Shown: piece by piece, positions 40,101 to 52,896 of the stretch
Layout: the number at the start of each line of letters is the position of its first letter
Numbering within the stretch: position 1 is the first letter of the stretch
Source: Dictyostelium discoideum
Lineage: Eukaryota
Length of the DNA stretch: 64,000 nucleotides
Direction: 5' to 3'
Assembly (NCBI GenBank): GCA_000004695.1
Contig: CM000151.3
Location: 6,752,001-6,816,000 of the forward strand
Translations under genes and position numbers: made by a program
The notes under the pieces: generated by a model
What the model saw: only the letters and a program-made list of their open reading frames with translations
The model's database searches: none
Told to the model about the DNA's origin: nothing

Positions 40101-40248
40101 ATATAGTCTTCAATTGGAACCATATTTGGAATACTATGCATTTGATCGTATTAAACAAAAAACCTTTGAACAATACTGTACAAAAATTCCTCACGGAAGG
40201 AGAATAATAAACAAAAAAAGTGGGGCAGAGAGGGTATTTGGTATTTAA
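37174..40248 (+). CDS. Member A (intact, 1024 aa) of a lineage-specific, probably Dictyostelium-specific, protein family of unknown function
   Basis: Single long ORF (MNDEYNEKLFWKVFKNKYLLNYILKNKCCHKSKKF…). It shares collinear blocks with the copies at 59793..62683 and 63001..end (…IPISPTS…, …SIQTQIDIII…KQLFQLL…ETKSI…YLKEY.EPIETI…, …WKEI.SNLID.D.IVTIKDKETIDWLSD…, …CNIHILRTHDDIVSLINRLN.SNF.NNEDLFKYYM.Q.IQFGSRNSIKY…, …KEPFL..KL.KLIIKTFDLESFIK.D.LLQQ…). Confidence 0.8.
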   Translation: MNDEYNEKLFWKVFKNKYLLNYILKNKCCHKSKKFKTIISINSMLNHKQYQLLICKLKANENLYYGIDFESRFPKILENIGEIDDFEAFKEIHSLLFLKGYEHHGNNYSWYMKLLTRFDLGPKFEIYLDLHLKYYQQELKQYILNNMDEVFYYFDSKCINKILNCFQQQSISNKPFTLSSFERNHLLIKFLNRSNPKELMKKLKIISKIPISPTSQLKRIDENLRLSFGLYLEYLKQLKQFGLQNIPTFLLCQKLSGGEFNSEIKRYIMNDKGNLEYSSLSVYSILLYFKMYYNSYDYRSIPRSIQTQIDIIIENSKHRRCTPYQSTKQLFQLLASETKSIALYTLYLKEYDEPIETIEINEKILLYIMIKTYSINILKFLLKNHIEIESEKNKLIDDFDLYDLGKIFKNSKFDKRNIIKFFKVFSSQKSIIIKNFDQDKELYPISFNQLCMSKWKEIISNLIDKDMIVTIKDKETIDWLSDTKIGGCSYITIRDALNSKLKQLKLQFDTLELLDYARLKLNQIIQNFDSNQEICNIHILRTHDDIVSLINRLNESNFKNNEDLFKYYMVQIIQFGSRNSIKYQRLFCDNFDELRYSGTKSLDEYINTIKFVGERFIESSNCCESKPEYRKNEKPRNYKIPTQQTCQIINLSKIKVNVSHFPNATSYLLQKFIQLLDIDGVQFILDNLNGNGVGIDEYSFIDTSGLKKYICGYLYKDLMVFIQFIIDKFNQHQYNISLSNLSFSLNFLFSNLLRIKNLTIDQIKSAYQLISNYVEINCSDIHSHYYLNTLSPLIGSLSVRSFSIERFCTYETDAKVYTFGYIFKNRDNNDLHQFIDSTIMDILKKKPFKRLISFHSLLVHMLDNNNPRINLFLYYFKMQLEFIKTNEIKEPFLHYKLFKLIIKTFDLESFIKLDNLLQQYNFYFKKDEDSDEEECEYKNSKKKPKTSTSNMVEWFGVNIYKDYSDYPDIINYLYSKYSLQLEPYLEYYAFDRIKQKTFEQYCTKIPHGRRIINKKSGAERVFGI

Positions 40249-40442
40249 AAATATAATTTAAAAATATTTTTATTTTTTGTACAAAAAATTTAAAAATATA
40301 ATTTAAAAAAATAATAAAAAATAATAAAAACAGATAAAGATTTTTTAAATTAAATACAAATATAAATTTATTTTTATTTGGTGTTGTGATTTTATTTTAG
40401 AATTAATTTTATTTTTAATTTTTTTTATCAATTGTTTTTAAT

Positions 40443-43412
40443 TTAAAATAATCCATTATCAACACGTAATTGTTTAGTTTTCCAAGCAGGAGTTTTTTGG
40501 AAGATTTCTTTTGTCATTTTAAAGGTTGATAAAAATTCTTCATCAGAAAGGTACAAGTGAAGACAACTTTTATCAATATCATTTGGTAAATTAGTTTTTT
40601 GTTTTAAAACTGATAATGGATAGAATGTTGTAATTGTAGTTGGTGATGGAGTAGAGGTATTTGTAGTGGTAGCAACTTTAGATGGAGTAGTTACAGTTGT
40701 TGGCTTTAAAGTTACAGCAGGTGTAACTGTTTTTAGAGTAGCTACTGTCGGTGTAGTTATTGGTTTAGGAGTAGTTACTGTTGGTGTAGTTATTGGTTTT
40801 GGAGTAGCTGCTGTTGTTGGTTTTAAAGTAACACCAGAAGTAGGTAACATAATTGGAGAAGCTGGACCACTATTGTTTGAACCAAGGATAGCACTTAATT
40901 TTGATTTATAAGAATCTTGTTGAGTTTTATTAACTTGCCAAGCATGGAAATTAAAAGTGAATTCATGTGGTTCAAAACCATCTTGAATGGTAAAGATTGG
41001 ATCATCTCTTCTATGAGTTGGAGCATTCATAATATACTCGAGAGCAGTTTCATTTGCCATTAATTTTTCAGTATCACTACTTTCTTTACCAACCCAAACG
41101 AAAATTTGTTTTTGATTATCCAAGATCATTACATCATCAGAATCTAAATCATCTTGAGAGAAATCATGAATTTCAAATACTTTGAATACACCACTATTAT
41201 TTGAACATTGGAATAAACGAGTTTTCTTCTCTTGTTCAACGGTTCTCAATTGAGTGTAATAATCTTTTAAGAGTGATAAGGATGAGTTTGTTTCTAAAGA
41301 TTCCCAAAATTCAGAAGTTTCATCACCTTCATCAATCAATTGGAAATTATAACCAGTGAAAACATTTGAAGAAATTTGAAGGGCAGCTTCTTTTTCATCA
41401 GAGTATTTACCAACCCAAATATAGGAAATTGTATTTTTAAAATTAACTAAAATGAAAGAATCATTTGAATCCAATGATGAAATTGCTTTTTCAACTTGAA
41501 TTGAATGAATATTAATTGGCTCAGTACCTCTAACATGATATAAGCCTTGAAGTGATGAAGATAAATTTTCCAATGAAACTTCAGTGGTTGCATTTGGTCT
41601 TGAACCTTTAAAAACAACCATACGACCTTGGAAATGTTCTAAAAAGTGGTTTGGTTCTTTATTTTGAACGGTTCTGACATGAATACAAGAACGATGCAAT
41701 TCTTTACCAACATCTTTAGCCAAAAGAGCAGCGGCACCTTTATCTTCACTTGAACTGAATCTACCTTGCCAATAGTATAATATTGAATTATTTGAGCCAT
41801 CGGCAGCAAATAAAGTAAACAATACTAAATAACAAGATTGATTATAGAATAAACCAAATTCAGATTGAGAAATTTCAAATTTATTACGATTTCTAACATG
41901 CCAAATCTTTAATTCACCTCTATGTTTATCATCGACATGATGAAGAGTTGGAATAGTTGATTTTCTTTCTTCCTTTGAAAGTTGATATTTTTCAGGATTA
42001 TGAAGAGCATCTACATTGATTTTCTCTTGAACTGCTTTGGCAGCAACACCTTTACCTGTGATTGGTTTCTTTTCAAAGTTATCATTAACATATTCACCCC
42101 AACTACCTTTTTTAAATTTATCTTTAAAGAGAGTATTCTCAGAGCCTTGAGTCATCTTTATAATTGGTGTCCAACTTGGTCTATTATCTTCATGTAATAA
42201 ATCCATTGCATTTGCCATTGCAACTGTTCTTTGATCATTTGCTGATGCTTTACCTAACCAAACGTATAATTCGGTTTCACAATCTAAAATATAACAAAAC
42301 TCTGCATTCAATTGAGTGGTTGAATAAACATCACCAATTGGATCGATTAGATGAAGATGTACTTCATAATTTAAATTTTCAACTTGATATAATTTAATTT
42401 GTTCAACCGATTTCTTTTCATAAGCGAAATCATCACCACCTTGTTCAGCTTTTTGAACATCATCTTTGCAACCACCTAATCTCTTCCAAAATTCTGGATG
42501 ATCCTTATCGGTATCATTTTCATCCATAACGATAATCTTTGCTTTTGCTGATTTTTCATCACGTAATCTAATGGTAAGATCTAAACCTTTACCTTTTTCT
42601 AAACGACTTGATTCGCTTCCATTCCATTGATAAATGAAATCCTCACAATCCAATACGAAAACATCGCCACTATTTAATGACTTTGATGAAATATCAACTT
42701 GTTTAACTCTAATATTACGTCTACCCTTAAGGTGGAATAATTTATATTGTTTTGCTGCTGTTGCAATTGCTGCTGATGCTGATGTTAATTTCAATGGTGC
42801 AACATATCTTGGACCACCATAAGATTTAAAGTATGACATAAAAATATCACCTTCTTTACCTTGAAATTCTCTATAAAGAATTGGTTCTGGATAAAATTGT
42901 TCTGAATCAAATTGTTTTTGATTATATTTAATAATTCTTTCAAGTTCTTCAATTCTATCATTACAAAAATTAATTGTTTCTTGTGAATTTATTAATAATT
43001 CACCAATCCAAAAATGAATATTATAAGTTTTAATATTCATATTACCATCATAAAATTGTCCCTATAAAATTTTTTTTTTTTTTTAAAAAAAATAATTAAT
43101 AAATGTATAATTAATTTTAAAAAAAAAAAAAAAAATTAATTAATTACAAACCATTAATAATAAATAAGATTTATTAGTTTCAAAAGTTGAATGATTCACT
43201 TTTGGAACTTTTTGAATTGTTGAATCATCAATAATTTTCCAAATTTCTAAACCAATTTCTTTACCAATTTCATTTATATGACTAAAACATGAAGATTGTT
43301 GTAAATTTTCTCTGTTTTTTTCTGCTTCAATTTCTGCATTTCTTTTGAGGATACCAAATTTTGATGGGATAACTCTTTTTCTTTGTGTTGGTAGTTCAAG
43401 TGGTGGTTCCAT
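40443..43412 (-). CDS. vilB: Villin/gelsolin-family actin-binding protein with six gelsolin repeats and a C-terminal villin headpiece. 2 exons, 959 aa (protovillin-like)
   Basis: Exon 1 is 43152..43412 (MEPPLELPTQRKRV…EIGLEIWKIIDDSTIQKVPKVNHSTFETNKSYLLLM), the gelsolin S1 start (compare villin GLQIWRIE…FFDGDCYIVL). An intron of about 90 nt lies at 43062..43151. Exon 2 is 40443..43061 (GQFYDGNMNIKTYNIHFWIGE…), joined in phase 0. Headpiece …LSDEEFLSTFKMTKEIFQKTPAWKTKQLRVDNGLF. The PT-rich linker has a repeated TPKPITTPTV unit. The total of exactly 959 aa matches the published size of Dictyostelium protovillin. The symbol is given on that basis. Confidence 0.8.
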
Positions 43413-43914
43413 TTTAAAAAGTACAATATTTATAAATTTACAATTTTTTTAAATAAAATAAATTAAAATAAAAAAATAAAATAAAATAAAAAGTAAAAAA
43501 ATAAAAAGAAAAAAAAAAAAAATTAAAAAAAAAAAAAAGAATAGGAAAAAAAAAAAAAAAAAAAGAAAAGAAAAAAATTAAAAAAAATAAAAAAAATTTG
43601 AATAAAAATTGATAAATATCTTAATAACCATTTTTTTTAATTTTTTTTGATTTTTTTTTTTTTTCCTTGATTTTTAAAAAAACTTTTTTTCAGATCTTTT
43701 TTTACTAACCGCCGATTCTTTTTATTTGAAATAATCAAAATTTATTTTTATTTTTATTTTATTTTATTTTTTTTTTTTTTTTTTGTTACTTTTAGAAAAT
43801 GGAAAAGTAGATAAACAAGAAATTAAAAAGTTTAATTTTTTTTTTTGAAAAGTTTTATTTATTTTTTTTTTTTTTAGATTGGAAAAAAAAAAAAAAAAAA
43901 TTTATTTATTTTAT

Positions 43915-46856
43915 TTATTCATCAAAATCCTCAACTTCTTCATTTTCAGCTTCATTAATTTTTAAATTATTTAATGCATTTGGTAAAAGATTTAAATCTT
44001 TAATATTTACAGTCAAGAAATCAAAAGCATAAGAAACATTTTGATTAAAATCATCATCATCTTCATCTTTCATTGGTAAACTTGCTTTAACATTTGGATA
44101 ACGTTGAGAGAAATGAGTTAAAATTGTAGAATGAGAATTTGATTGATTAAAAGCTTTGATTGCATCTTTAAATGTACAATGTCTTTTTTGATTTGCTTTA
44201 TCTTGCTGACAATCATGAAAAGTTGCTTCATGAATAACTATAGTACTATTGTCAGCCAATTCAACAAATTCACTACAGTAAGAAGTATCACCAGAATATG
44301 AAACTTTCCAACCATTTTCACTCTCAATCATAATACCATGAGCACCAAATGAATGAATCACTGATACAGCAATACATTTAACAATACCCAATTCTTTCTT
44401 TAAAAATTGACTAAATATTGAATCTTGTTGATAATTTGAAAAATTAAAAAATTGAACATATTTCCAAATACCTTTAAATCCATTATTATTATTATTATTA
44501 CCATTATATAATGTAAAAGATTTTTCTAAATCTCTTATATATAAATTTGCACCTGGTGGTGATAAAATTACTAAGGAACGTTTTTCAAATGGTATATAAA
44601 ATTCATCCATTGCTAAATGTCTAACTTGTAAAAGTTTTTGAAGATCTTGATGATGATCAGCATGTAAATGTGAAATGAAAATGAATTTTAAAGTTGATAA
44701 GATTTCTTTGGTTTTTTGATCACCATATTTTCTAAATAATTGTGAATAGGCACCACCACCTGTATCAAATAATATTGAACCTTTATCAAATAGATTTAAA
44801 AGTATACAAGTTTCTGATCTAAATAATGAAGTTTGTGAGCAACCAGTACCCAAGAAAACAATCTCCAATTCTCTATCACTTAAACTTTTAATTAATTTAT
44901 TTTGACTTTTAATAAATTCATTTCTTGATGAACTAATTAATGATTTTCTTTTATTATTAATAATTGATTTTGATGATGTTGATGATGGTGATGGTGATGA
45001 TGGTGATGTTGGCGATGTTGATGTTGTTGTTGTTGTTGAATTTAAATCAAGAGATTTTAAAGGTGATGATGGTGGTGATGGTGATTTCATTTCAAAAGTG
45101 TAATCGATATCTTGATTTTCAATGCATGCAGAATTATCAAATAATGGATGACCTAAAGGTGATAAAGGGTTCATAATTATAGTTTGATGGAATCTACCCC
45201 TTTGAATATTTGGCATTGATGAGATTGTTTCAGGTAATGGTAAACTATTGCAAGGTGGATACAGTTTTGGATAGAATGTTGGTGAAACTTTATTCAACCC
45301 GTTAACTAATTGACCAGATAATTGAATTAGTTCATGATATGCACAACTTTTATTTAAAATGATATGTTGCCATTTTTCATTTGAAAATTTCATAACAAAT
45401 TCACAATACTCTTTCGATGAGAATATCTCCTCAGGCACCATATGAACTATACAACCACTTCTAATTGGATTACCATTCCCACTATAGGATAGAATTTGTT
45501 GGTTATTAATTATGGATTCTAAATAATCAATACTTGGACATGCTATAATTATCATTGCAGGACCTATGGTGGAGGGTGATAACACCTCTTGGGGTGTCAC
45601 GACTCTGCCTACTTTCTCACTGAACACTGATTCACCTTTACAAAGCTTCGATCTTCCAATACCGACTATACCAAGTTCATTTGCTTTCTCAATTGAAAAT
45701 TTACCAATAATATCAGGTAGATGACAAATATAGCAAATTACATCAGAAGATCTTTGTGATTTTGGGAATGTTACATTATGTGAATTTATAGGCCCATAAA
45801 TTGGATCCTTTAAATAAATGTTCATTCTCTTTCTAACCATATCACGTTTCTCTTTATTGGTTAATCTTAATGATTTAGTTAATCTTGTAATTAATCTAAA
45901 ATGTCTACTTTCCATACACCAAAATTCTTTTTCACTTGAAATTAATTTATTATTATTATTATTATTATCATTTTCATCTAAACAATAATTTGAATCTGAA
46001 TTATCAGATAAAAACTTTTTAATTAATTTTGAATTTTTTGGTTTAAATTGAAATAATTCTTGTTTACTAGAAATTTTAGTTGTACCTGCTTTAATATCCT
46101 CTTTTAATAATTTATAAGAAGCGTATTGTTCAATTTCACTCATTGTAAATTCTGATCCAGTGCTTGAATGAATAATACCACCACGTAATATTGTCCAATC
46201 ATAAAATGATTTTGATGATCCAATTGCAACTTTCATCGAATTATTATTTGATGGTCTTTCAATAGCTCCAAATGATTTATTAAATGTAAATGGTAATGAT
46301 TCTACTGTTTTCATTGTTACATTTGGTGAAGATGATGAACAAGATGATGATGATGATGTTGATGATGTTGATGATGATGAATTATCAATTGAACTTTTAA
46401 TTACAACTGGATAAACTGATAAATGACCATCTGATAAATGAAATGATTCATCATCACTACATTCTGTAATACAGAATGTTTTATATCTTTTACTCAAAAA
46501 ATATCTATATGACATTAAATTTGATGTTAACCCATTTGGTCCAATAATTGATAAATCACCTTTATTACGTAATACATAATCTAAAATAATAATAATAATA
46601 ATAATAGTTAGAAAATAAACAATATATATTATATATATTGTTTACTACATACTTAAAAAATCAGTTTCAGTTGAAGGATCTAAATGAGTTAAGAATAGTA
46701 TATCTGAATCAGCTGGTTTAGAATGACTTGATCCCAATGATTGTCTATGAATACCATTACCCATATTAAAACAATACTTTTGATTACCATTTGTAATCAT
46801 TACTGAAGAATCTGTGTGACCTGATCCTGTTGACATTATTTTTATTGATGCTTTCA

Positions 46857-46857
<1 letters not shown>
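43915..46857 (-). CDS. Long-form ribonuclease Z (tRNase Z, ELAC2-like; metallo-beta-lactamase fold), 2 exons, ~956 aa
   Basis: Exon 1 is 46653..46857 (MKASIKIMSTGSGHTDSSVMITNGNQKYCFNMGNGIHRQ…DPSTETDFL, donor GTATGT). The intron is about 72 nt. Exon 2 is 43915..46580 (…NYVLRNKGDLSIIGPNGLTSNLMSYRYFLSKRY…), which continues into track ORF 43915..46515. C-terminal MBL domain with LGTGCSQTSLFRSETCILL, FDTGGGAYSQL and the catalytic His motif FIFISHLHADHHQD. Confidence 0.75.
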
Positions 46858-46899
<42 letters not shown>

Positions 46900-47874
46900 T
46901 GTTTTTTTTTTTTTTTTTTTTTTTTATATATTGCTATTACTTTTTAATATTTTTTTTTTTATTATTATTATTTTTTTTATTATTATTTTTATTATTATTA
47001 TTATTATTATTGTTGTTATTATTAATATTAATGTGGAGAAGATTATTCATAGATTGTTTTAAAGTATTTGTTTGTTGTAAAATAATTAATGAACTGTTCA
47101 TATGTGAAAGCTTGAATTCGTTTTTTTAAAAAAAAAAATTTTTTTTTTATTTTTGTTTTTTTTTTTAAAAATGAAACACAGAAAAAAAAAAAATTTTTAA
47201 TTTAAACAATTTTAGAAATGCGCGGGTTTGGGAATTTTTTAAGAAATCGATTTGAAAAATAATATTAATAAAATTATGTGTTTTTTATAAAAATTATACC
47301 GAGATTATTCTCTTTTTTTTTTACTATTTGATAATTTTTTTAATTATTTATTATAATATGTATTTCTTTTTTATTTTACTTTAGTATTACCCTAAATTGA
47401 ATTTGAATTTTGTAAACAAAAAAAAAAAATTTCATTTATATTTTTTTTTTTTATTAATGGTTTAATTATATTTATTTTTAATATGAATTTAGTGTATAAA
47501 AATAGAGCACTCAAAAATACACAAAATGATATAAAAAAAAATTAGTATATCAATTCTGTTTTTTAATTTTTTTTTAATTAAAAAAAGGTAATTTTTAATT
47601 TAAAATTTTTTATTTTGTTCATTCAATCTTTTTTTTTTTTAAAACTTGGAAAGAAAAAAAAATAATTAAATAAAAAAAATAAACCAATTCAATCAAATCT
47701 AAGGTTGGCTGGTAGTTTATCAATATTCCTAGTTTTTTTTATTTTTAGTTTTTTTATTTTGGTTGAAATATAATACCAATTAGGTAATAAATAAAAAGAA
47801 AAATAACATTGGTATAAAAATACATTTTATTTATTTATTTGTTTTTTATTTTATCTTTTTTTTTTTTTTTTCTC

Positions 47875-47924
<50 letters not shown>

Positions 47925-48297
47925 TGTACGATACTTGGGAAAAAAAAAATTATTTAAATTATTATTTGAAATAATAATCAAATAAATTGAGGAGTAGGAG
48001 GGAATATTATGAACATGGTGGACTACTGAAAGAATTAAAAAATATATACATGTTTTTTTTTTTTTTTTTTTTTTTTTTTTTCGTTGGTTGTCAATTGTTA
48101 CTATTATTATTATTTTATAAATTATTGTTATTATTTTTTTTTTTTAATTATTATTTATATTTGAACGCGTTTTAATGGAAGAAAAACAAAATAAAAAAAA
48201 AAAAAAAATTATTTCATTCTTTTAGATACCTCCTTCCTCTATATAAAATTTTAAAAGAAAAAAAAAAAAAAAATGTCAGTAAAGATGAAAAATATTA

Positions 48298-48974
48298 TTA
48301 AATAAATATTATAAAATAAATAAAAATTATTATTAAATAATTACCCATAGTTTGACGAGTAAGAATATCTTTTACAGCTTCAAAAACATGACCAATATTA
48401 GTTGTATCAGTTGCGGTTGTAACATTTGTATAAACTGCTTTTGAAGTTTTATTTGCAGATAAAATTTTCTTTTTCAAAAAGACCAAAGATTGTTCGTAAT
48501 CATCGGATGGACCAGTGTAATCAGGGAAACAAATTGAAATACCAGTCTTTTTAATTTTCTCTGCGAATAAATCACGTTTATTTAAGAAAAGAATGATTGG
48601 AATATCTTTGAACCAACGTTGATTAATTATATCACCAAATACTTTAATTGATTCAATCATACGATTAGTTTTACCATCTTCTTCCAAAACTTGATCATAT
48701 TCACATAATGAAATTACAAATAATATTGCTGTAACTTCACTAAAATGATGAATCCATTTATCTCTATGTCCTCTTTGACCTGCTACATCAATCATTCTAA
48801 ATTTAATACCCCTAACTGAAAATCTAGTTTCGCTAACAGATGTTGATGCAACTCTAGTATATAAAATATCTTGATCTGTTGGTATATAATCTTCCTCTAT
48901 TAAAATATAAATTTTAAAAAAATTAAAAAAAAAAATTAAAAAAAATTAGAATTAAAAAATAAATAAATAAAAAA

Positions 48975-49065
<91 letters not shown>

Positions 49066-49370
49066 TTTACCTGAAAATCTTGCAATGTCATCTAAAAAGT
49101 ATTGTGAAGATGAATGTAATTGGAAATTTGAACCACTATTATTAGCAGCATTAATGAATGATTCATTTTTAGAAAGTTCTGCAACTCCTTTTAATACATT
49201 TTTATCTAAATTTGTATAATTTTTAGTTTCATAAATTTCTTCAATCTATTTTTATGTATTTTATAAGAAAAGTGAAAAAATAAAAAAAATAAAAAAAAAA
49301 AAATTTAAATTAAAATTAAAATTAGTCGCAATTTGGCTTGGGGAAATTTTTTTTTTTTTTTTTTTTCAAA

Positions 49371-49401
<31 letters not shown>

Positions 49402-49839
49402 TATACATACAGATGAACAAATTGAATCAAATTGTGATGGAATTGTTAAATTTAAAACACCACAACCACGAATGATTGAATAAGCAATTTCAATGATATT
49501 TCTATAAACAAATTGTCTTTGATTAATTCTTTCCTCTTGAGAGTAACCTTCAAGATGTAAGATTTTCATTTGTTTAACGACTGTTGATTTACCAGAATCA
49601 CCAGTACCAAGTAATAATAATTTTAATTCACTATCCATTATCTTTTTCTCTTCTTTTAATTGTTTTTCAATTTGTTTATTGACTGCTTTTTGCTCTCTAT
49701 AACGAGTTAAAAGTGATGGTGACATTGGTGGTGATAAAGTTGATGTTGATGATGATGGTGATTGTGGTGATGATGATTGATTACCATTCACTTGAATTGC
49801 TGGTGTTGCTGTTGTTGTATTTGTTGTAGTGCTACTCAT
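48298..49839 (-). CDS. Heterotrimeric G-protein alpha subunit, 3 exons (~400 aa), with atypical N-terminus and switch-II sequence
   Basis: Exon 1 is 49411..49839 (S/T-rich extension, then KLLLLGTGDSGKSTVVKQMKILH…; donor GTATGT after …FDSICSS). Exon 2 is 49071..49245 (IEEIYETKNYTNLDKN…QYFLDDIARFS, donor GTAAAT). Exon 3 is 48298..48896 (EEDYIPTDQDILYTRVASTSVSETRFSVRGIKFRMIDVAGQRGHRDKWIHHF…FLNKRDLF…TTATDT…). All junctions are in phase. The true 3' end may instead use a GTAATT donor at about 48344 and a micro-exon near 48222-48240 (see findings). Confidence 0.8.
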
Positions 49840-50098
49840 TTTCTTTTAATTATTATTACTATTCTAGTATTTATTTTATTTTATTTTATTTTTTTTTATT
49901 TTTTTAATATTGAGGATGTGTGTAGTGATACAAAATTATTTTTTGTTTGGTTTTAGTATAATAAAGTGATAAATATATGTATATGAAATTTAAAAAATAT
50001 AGAATTTGTGGATGATTAGGAGTTATCAAACAACGAAACCTATGAAAACTAATAATGGGTGATTTGAAAAAGAAAAGTCAGTAAGGGTGGCTTTTGTT

Positions 50099-50131
<33 letters not shown>

Positions 50132-50391
50132 CTTTTGAATGGATTAAAATAAAAAAAGATTTTTTTTTTAAAAAAAAAGAAAAAAAAAAAAGAAAAAAAA
50201 AAAAATTAAAAAAAAATTGAAAAAAAATAAAAATCCAATGGGATCAAAAGGGTAATTTTTATTTTTATTTTTTTTTTATTTTTTTTTTTATTTTTTTAAT
50301 GCACCTCAGTACCCATGATAGCCCGAAAAAAAAAAAATATTAATGGAAAATAAGATATTTTTTCATATTGGTTGGTGAATCAAAAATACCC

Positions 50392-50453
<62 letters not shown>

Positions 50454-50972
50454 GGATGGAAAAGAAAGAAAAGAAAAAAAAAAAAAAAAGAATCTTTTAT
50501 ATTTTTTTTATTATTCCCTACAAGGTAAGATAGTAGATTCACACCAGAAACTAAAGGAAAATAATGAAAAAAAAATAAAAAAATAAATAAAATAAAAAAA
50601 AAAACAAAATAAAAAAAAAATAAACAAATCTTTTTGAGTTATTTGATATTTTTCATGATGTACATACTGCAAAAATAGGTTTTGATTATTTTTCTTTTTT
50701 TTTCTTTGTGCTTCAAACTGTTTTTTTTTTTTTTGATATGAAAAATGGGTATTGTTTTTAATAAAATAAAAAAACTCTGTTTGAGTAAAAAAGTGTTTTT
50801 TGTTTTAAATAAATAAATAAATAAATTAAATAAATAAATAATTGATTGATTTGATTTGATTTTTATTTTATTATTTTGGTTTTGGTTTGGTTTTGATTTT
50901 GATTTCTCTCTTTTTTTTTATAGTTTTTTTTTTTTTTTTTTTTTTTGTTGAGTTGAAGAAGAGAGAAAAGAA

Positions 50973-51012
<40 letters not shown>

Positions 51013-51163
51013 ATAACAAGATAAAAATAAAAAAAAAATAAAAAAACAAAAAAAAAAAAAAAAATTAAAAATAGAAAAAAAAAATTAAAAATAAATTTAA
51101 AAAAAAAAATAAAAAATAAAAATTTTAATAATTACGACACACCCATTAAACATGCATATTAAT

Positions 51164-51230
<67 letters not shown>

Positions 51231-51489
51231 ATAACAATTATTATTATTAATATTATATTATAAACACCCACCACTTAAACACTAACCCGTGTTATTTTAA
51301 ATTCAATATATATAAATAAAATTTTTAACAGTTATATTTAGATAGATTTAAATGCTGAATTATGATTACAAAAACTAGATTTTTTCGATAAAAATGGATA
51401 ATTTATTTTTATTAAGAAAATTTAAATATGTTTTTTTAATTAAAATTATAAATACATATATTTTTATAATCTTATTTATTATTATTATA

Positions 51490-51549
<60 letters not shown>

Positions 51550-51810
51550 TTTTAGTGTGGTGTGTCGATTGTAAAATAAAAATAAAAATAAAAATAAACA
51601 AAACAAAACAAAATAAAATATATTTGGTTTTTTTTTTTTTTTTTTTTTTTTATTATTAATTTTTTAAAAAATAAAAATAATTCTTAAAAAACAACAAAAT
51701 GATGAATTTATATGAATATCTTACATTTCTTTGCAGGATTATTAATATTAAAAATAAAAAAAAAAAAAAAAAAAAATTATAAAAATAACGAATATTGTTG
51801 TTATAAAAAT

Positions 51811-51849
<39 letters not shown>

Positions 51850-52587
51850 TAAAAGTAAAATAAAAAATAAAAAATAAAAGAATAAAAAAATCAGATGAGT
51901 TGTTTTTTTTTATTTTTATTATTTTTTTTTTGCTCAGAGTTAAAAAATATCTTTTTTTTTCAATCAGTGAAAAAAAAAATTGAAATTATTTTTAAAAATA
52001 ATTCGATTTGATAACCGCTTTGATTTTGAATAATAAAAATAAAAAAAAAAATAATGAAAATAAATTTTTTTTTGATATTTTTTTTTTTAATTCACTTAAT
52101 ATGATTTTACCAAAATTTTTTCCTTTTTATTTTTATAATGGGGTTAATAATTCCCACTATTTTGATTTTCTTTTTTTTTTTTTTTTTTTTTTTCATTTTT
52201 TAAAACCTTTTTCAACGAATTAAAATAAAATAAAACAAAATAAAATAAAACAAAATAAAATAAAATTTTGTTTCGAAACCTCATAAAAAAAAAAAAAAAA
52301 AAAAAATATTCAAGACCCCACACAATTGTTTGTGCAGTACAAATTTGTGTCAAGTAATCATGTGATTCGGCACTTTGATCAACAACAAAAATTTGATTGA
52401 CACTCTCATCGTCTTCGGCATTTTTAAAATTATAATAATTTCTAGAAATCGCTATTTTTATTTTTAATTTCTATTCCATTTCTATTTTAATTATTATTAT
52501 TTTATTGCTTATTCTAAAAAATAAAACTTTTTTACAAAATTAAATAAATTAAATTAAATAAAATTAAATAAAATTAAATTAAATTAA

Positions 52588-52632
<45 letters not shown>

Positions 52633-52849
52633 AAAAAACACTAGGAAAGAAAAGTGTTTTTTATTTTTATTTTTATTTTTCTTAAAAATCCAAATTGTGT
52701 TAACAACAAACAGAACCACTTTGAGTCTTGTAATCAGCATTTTGATCAACACTTGAATGAATTGTACCATCTTCTTCTTTTTGAAAATAATAACCAACAA
52801 AAATGGAATTGGTTTTTTAAATTCCATCTCCATTTTTTTTAAATACATT

Positions 52850-52863
52850 TTAATAATTTTGGT

Positions 52864-52896
<33 letters not shown>

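Noticed and set aside
37439-42822. Antisense or nested ORFs inside family member A and the villin gene (37439..37642, 38855..39118, 40666..40911, 41982..42197, 42164..42397, 42634..42822)
   Set aside because: They are short, lie within better-supported CDSs on the opposite strand or in another frame, and show no independent signals. 40666..40911 is the antisense of the PT-repeat linker.
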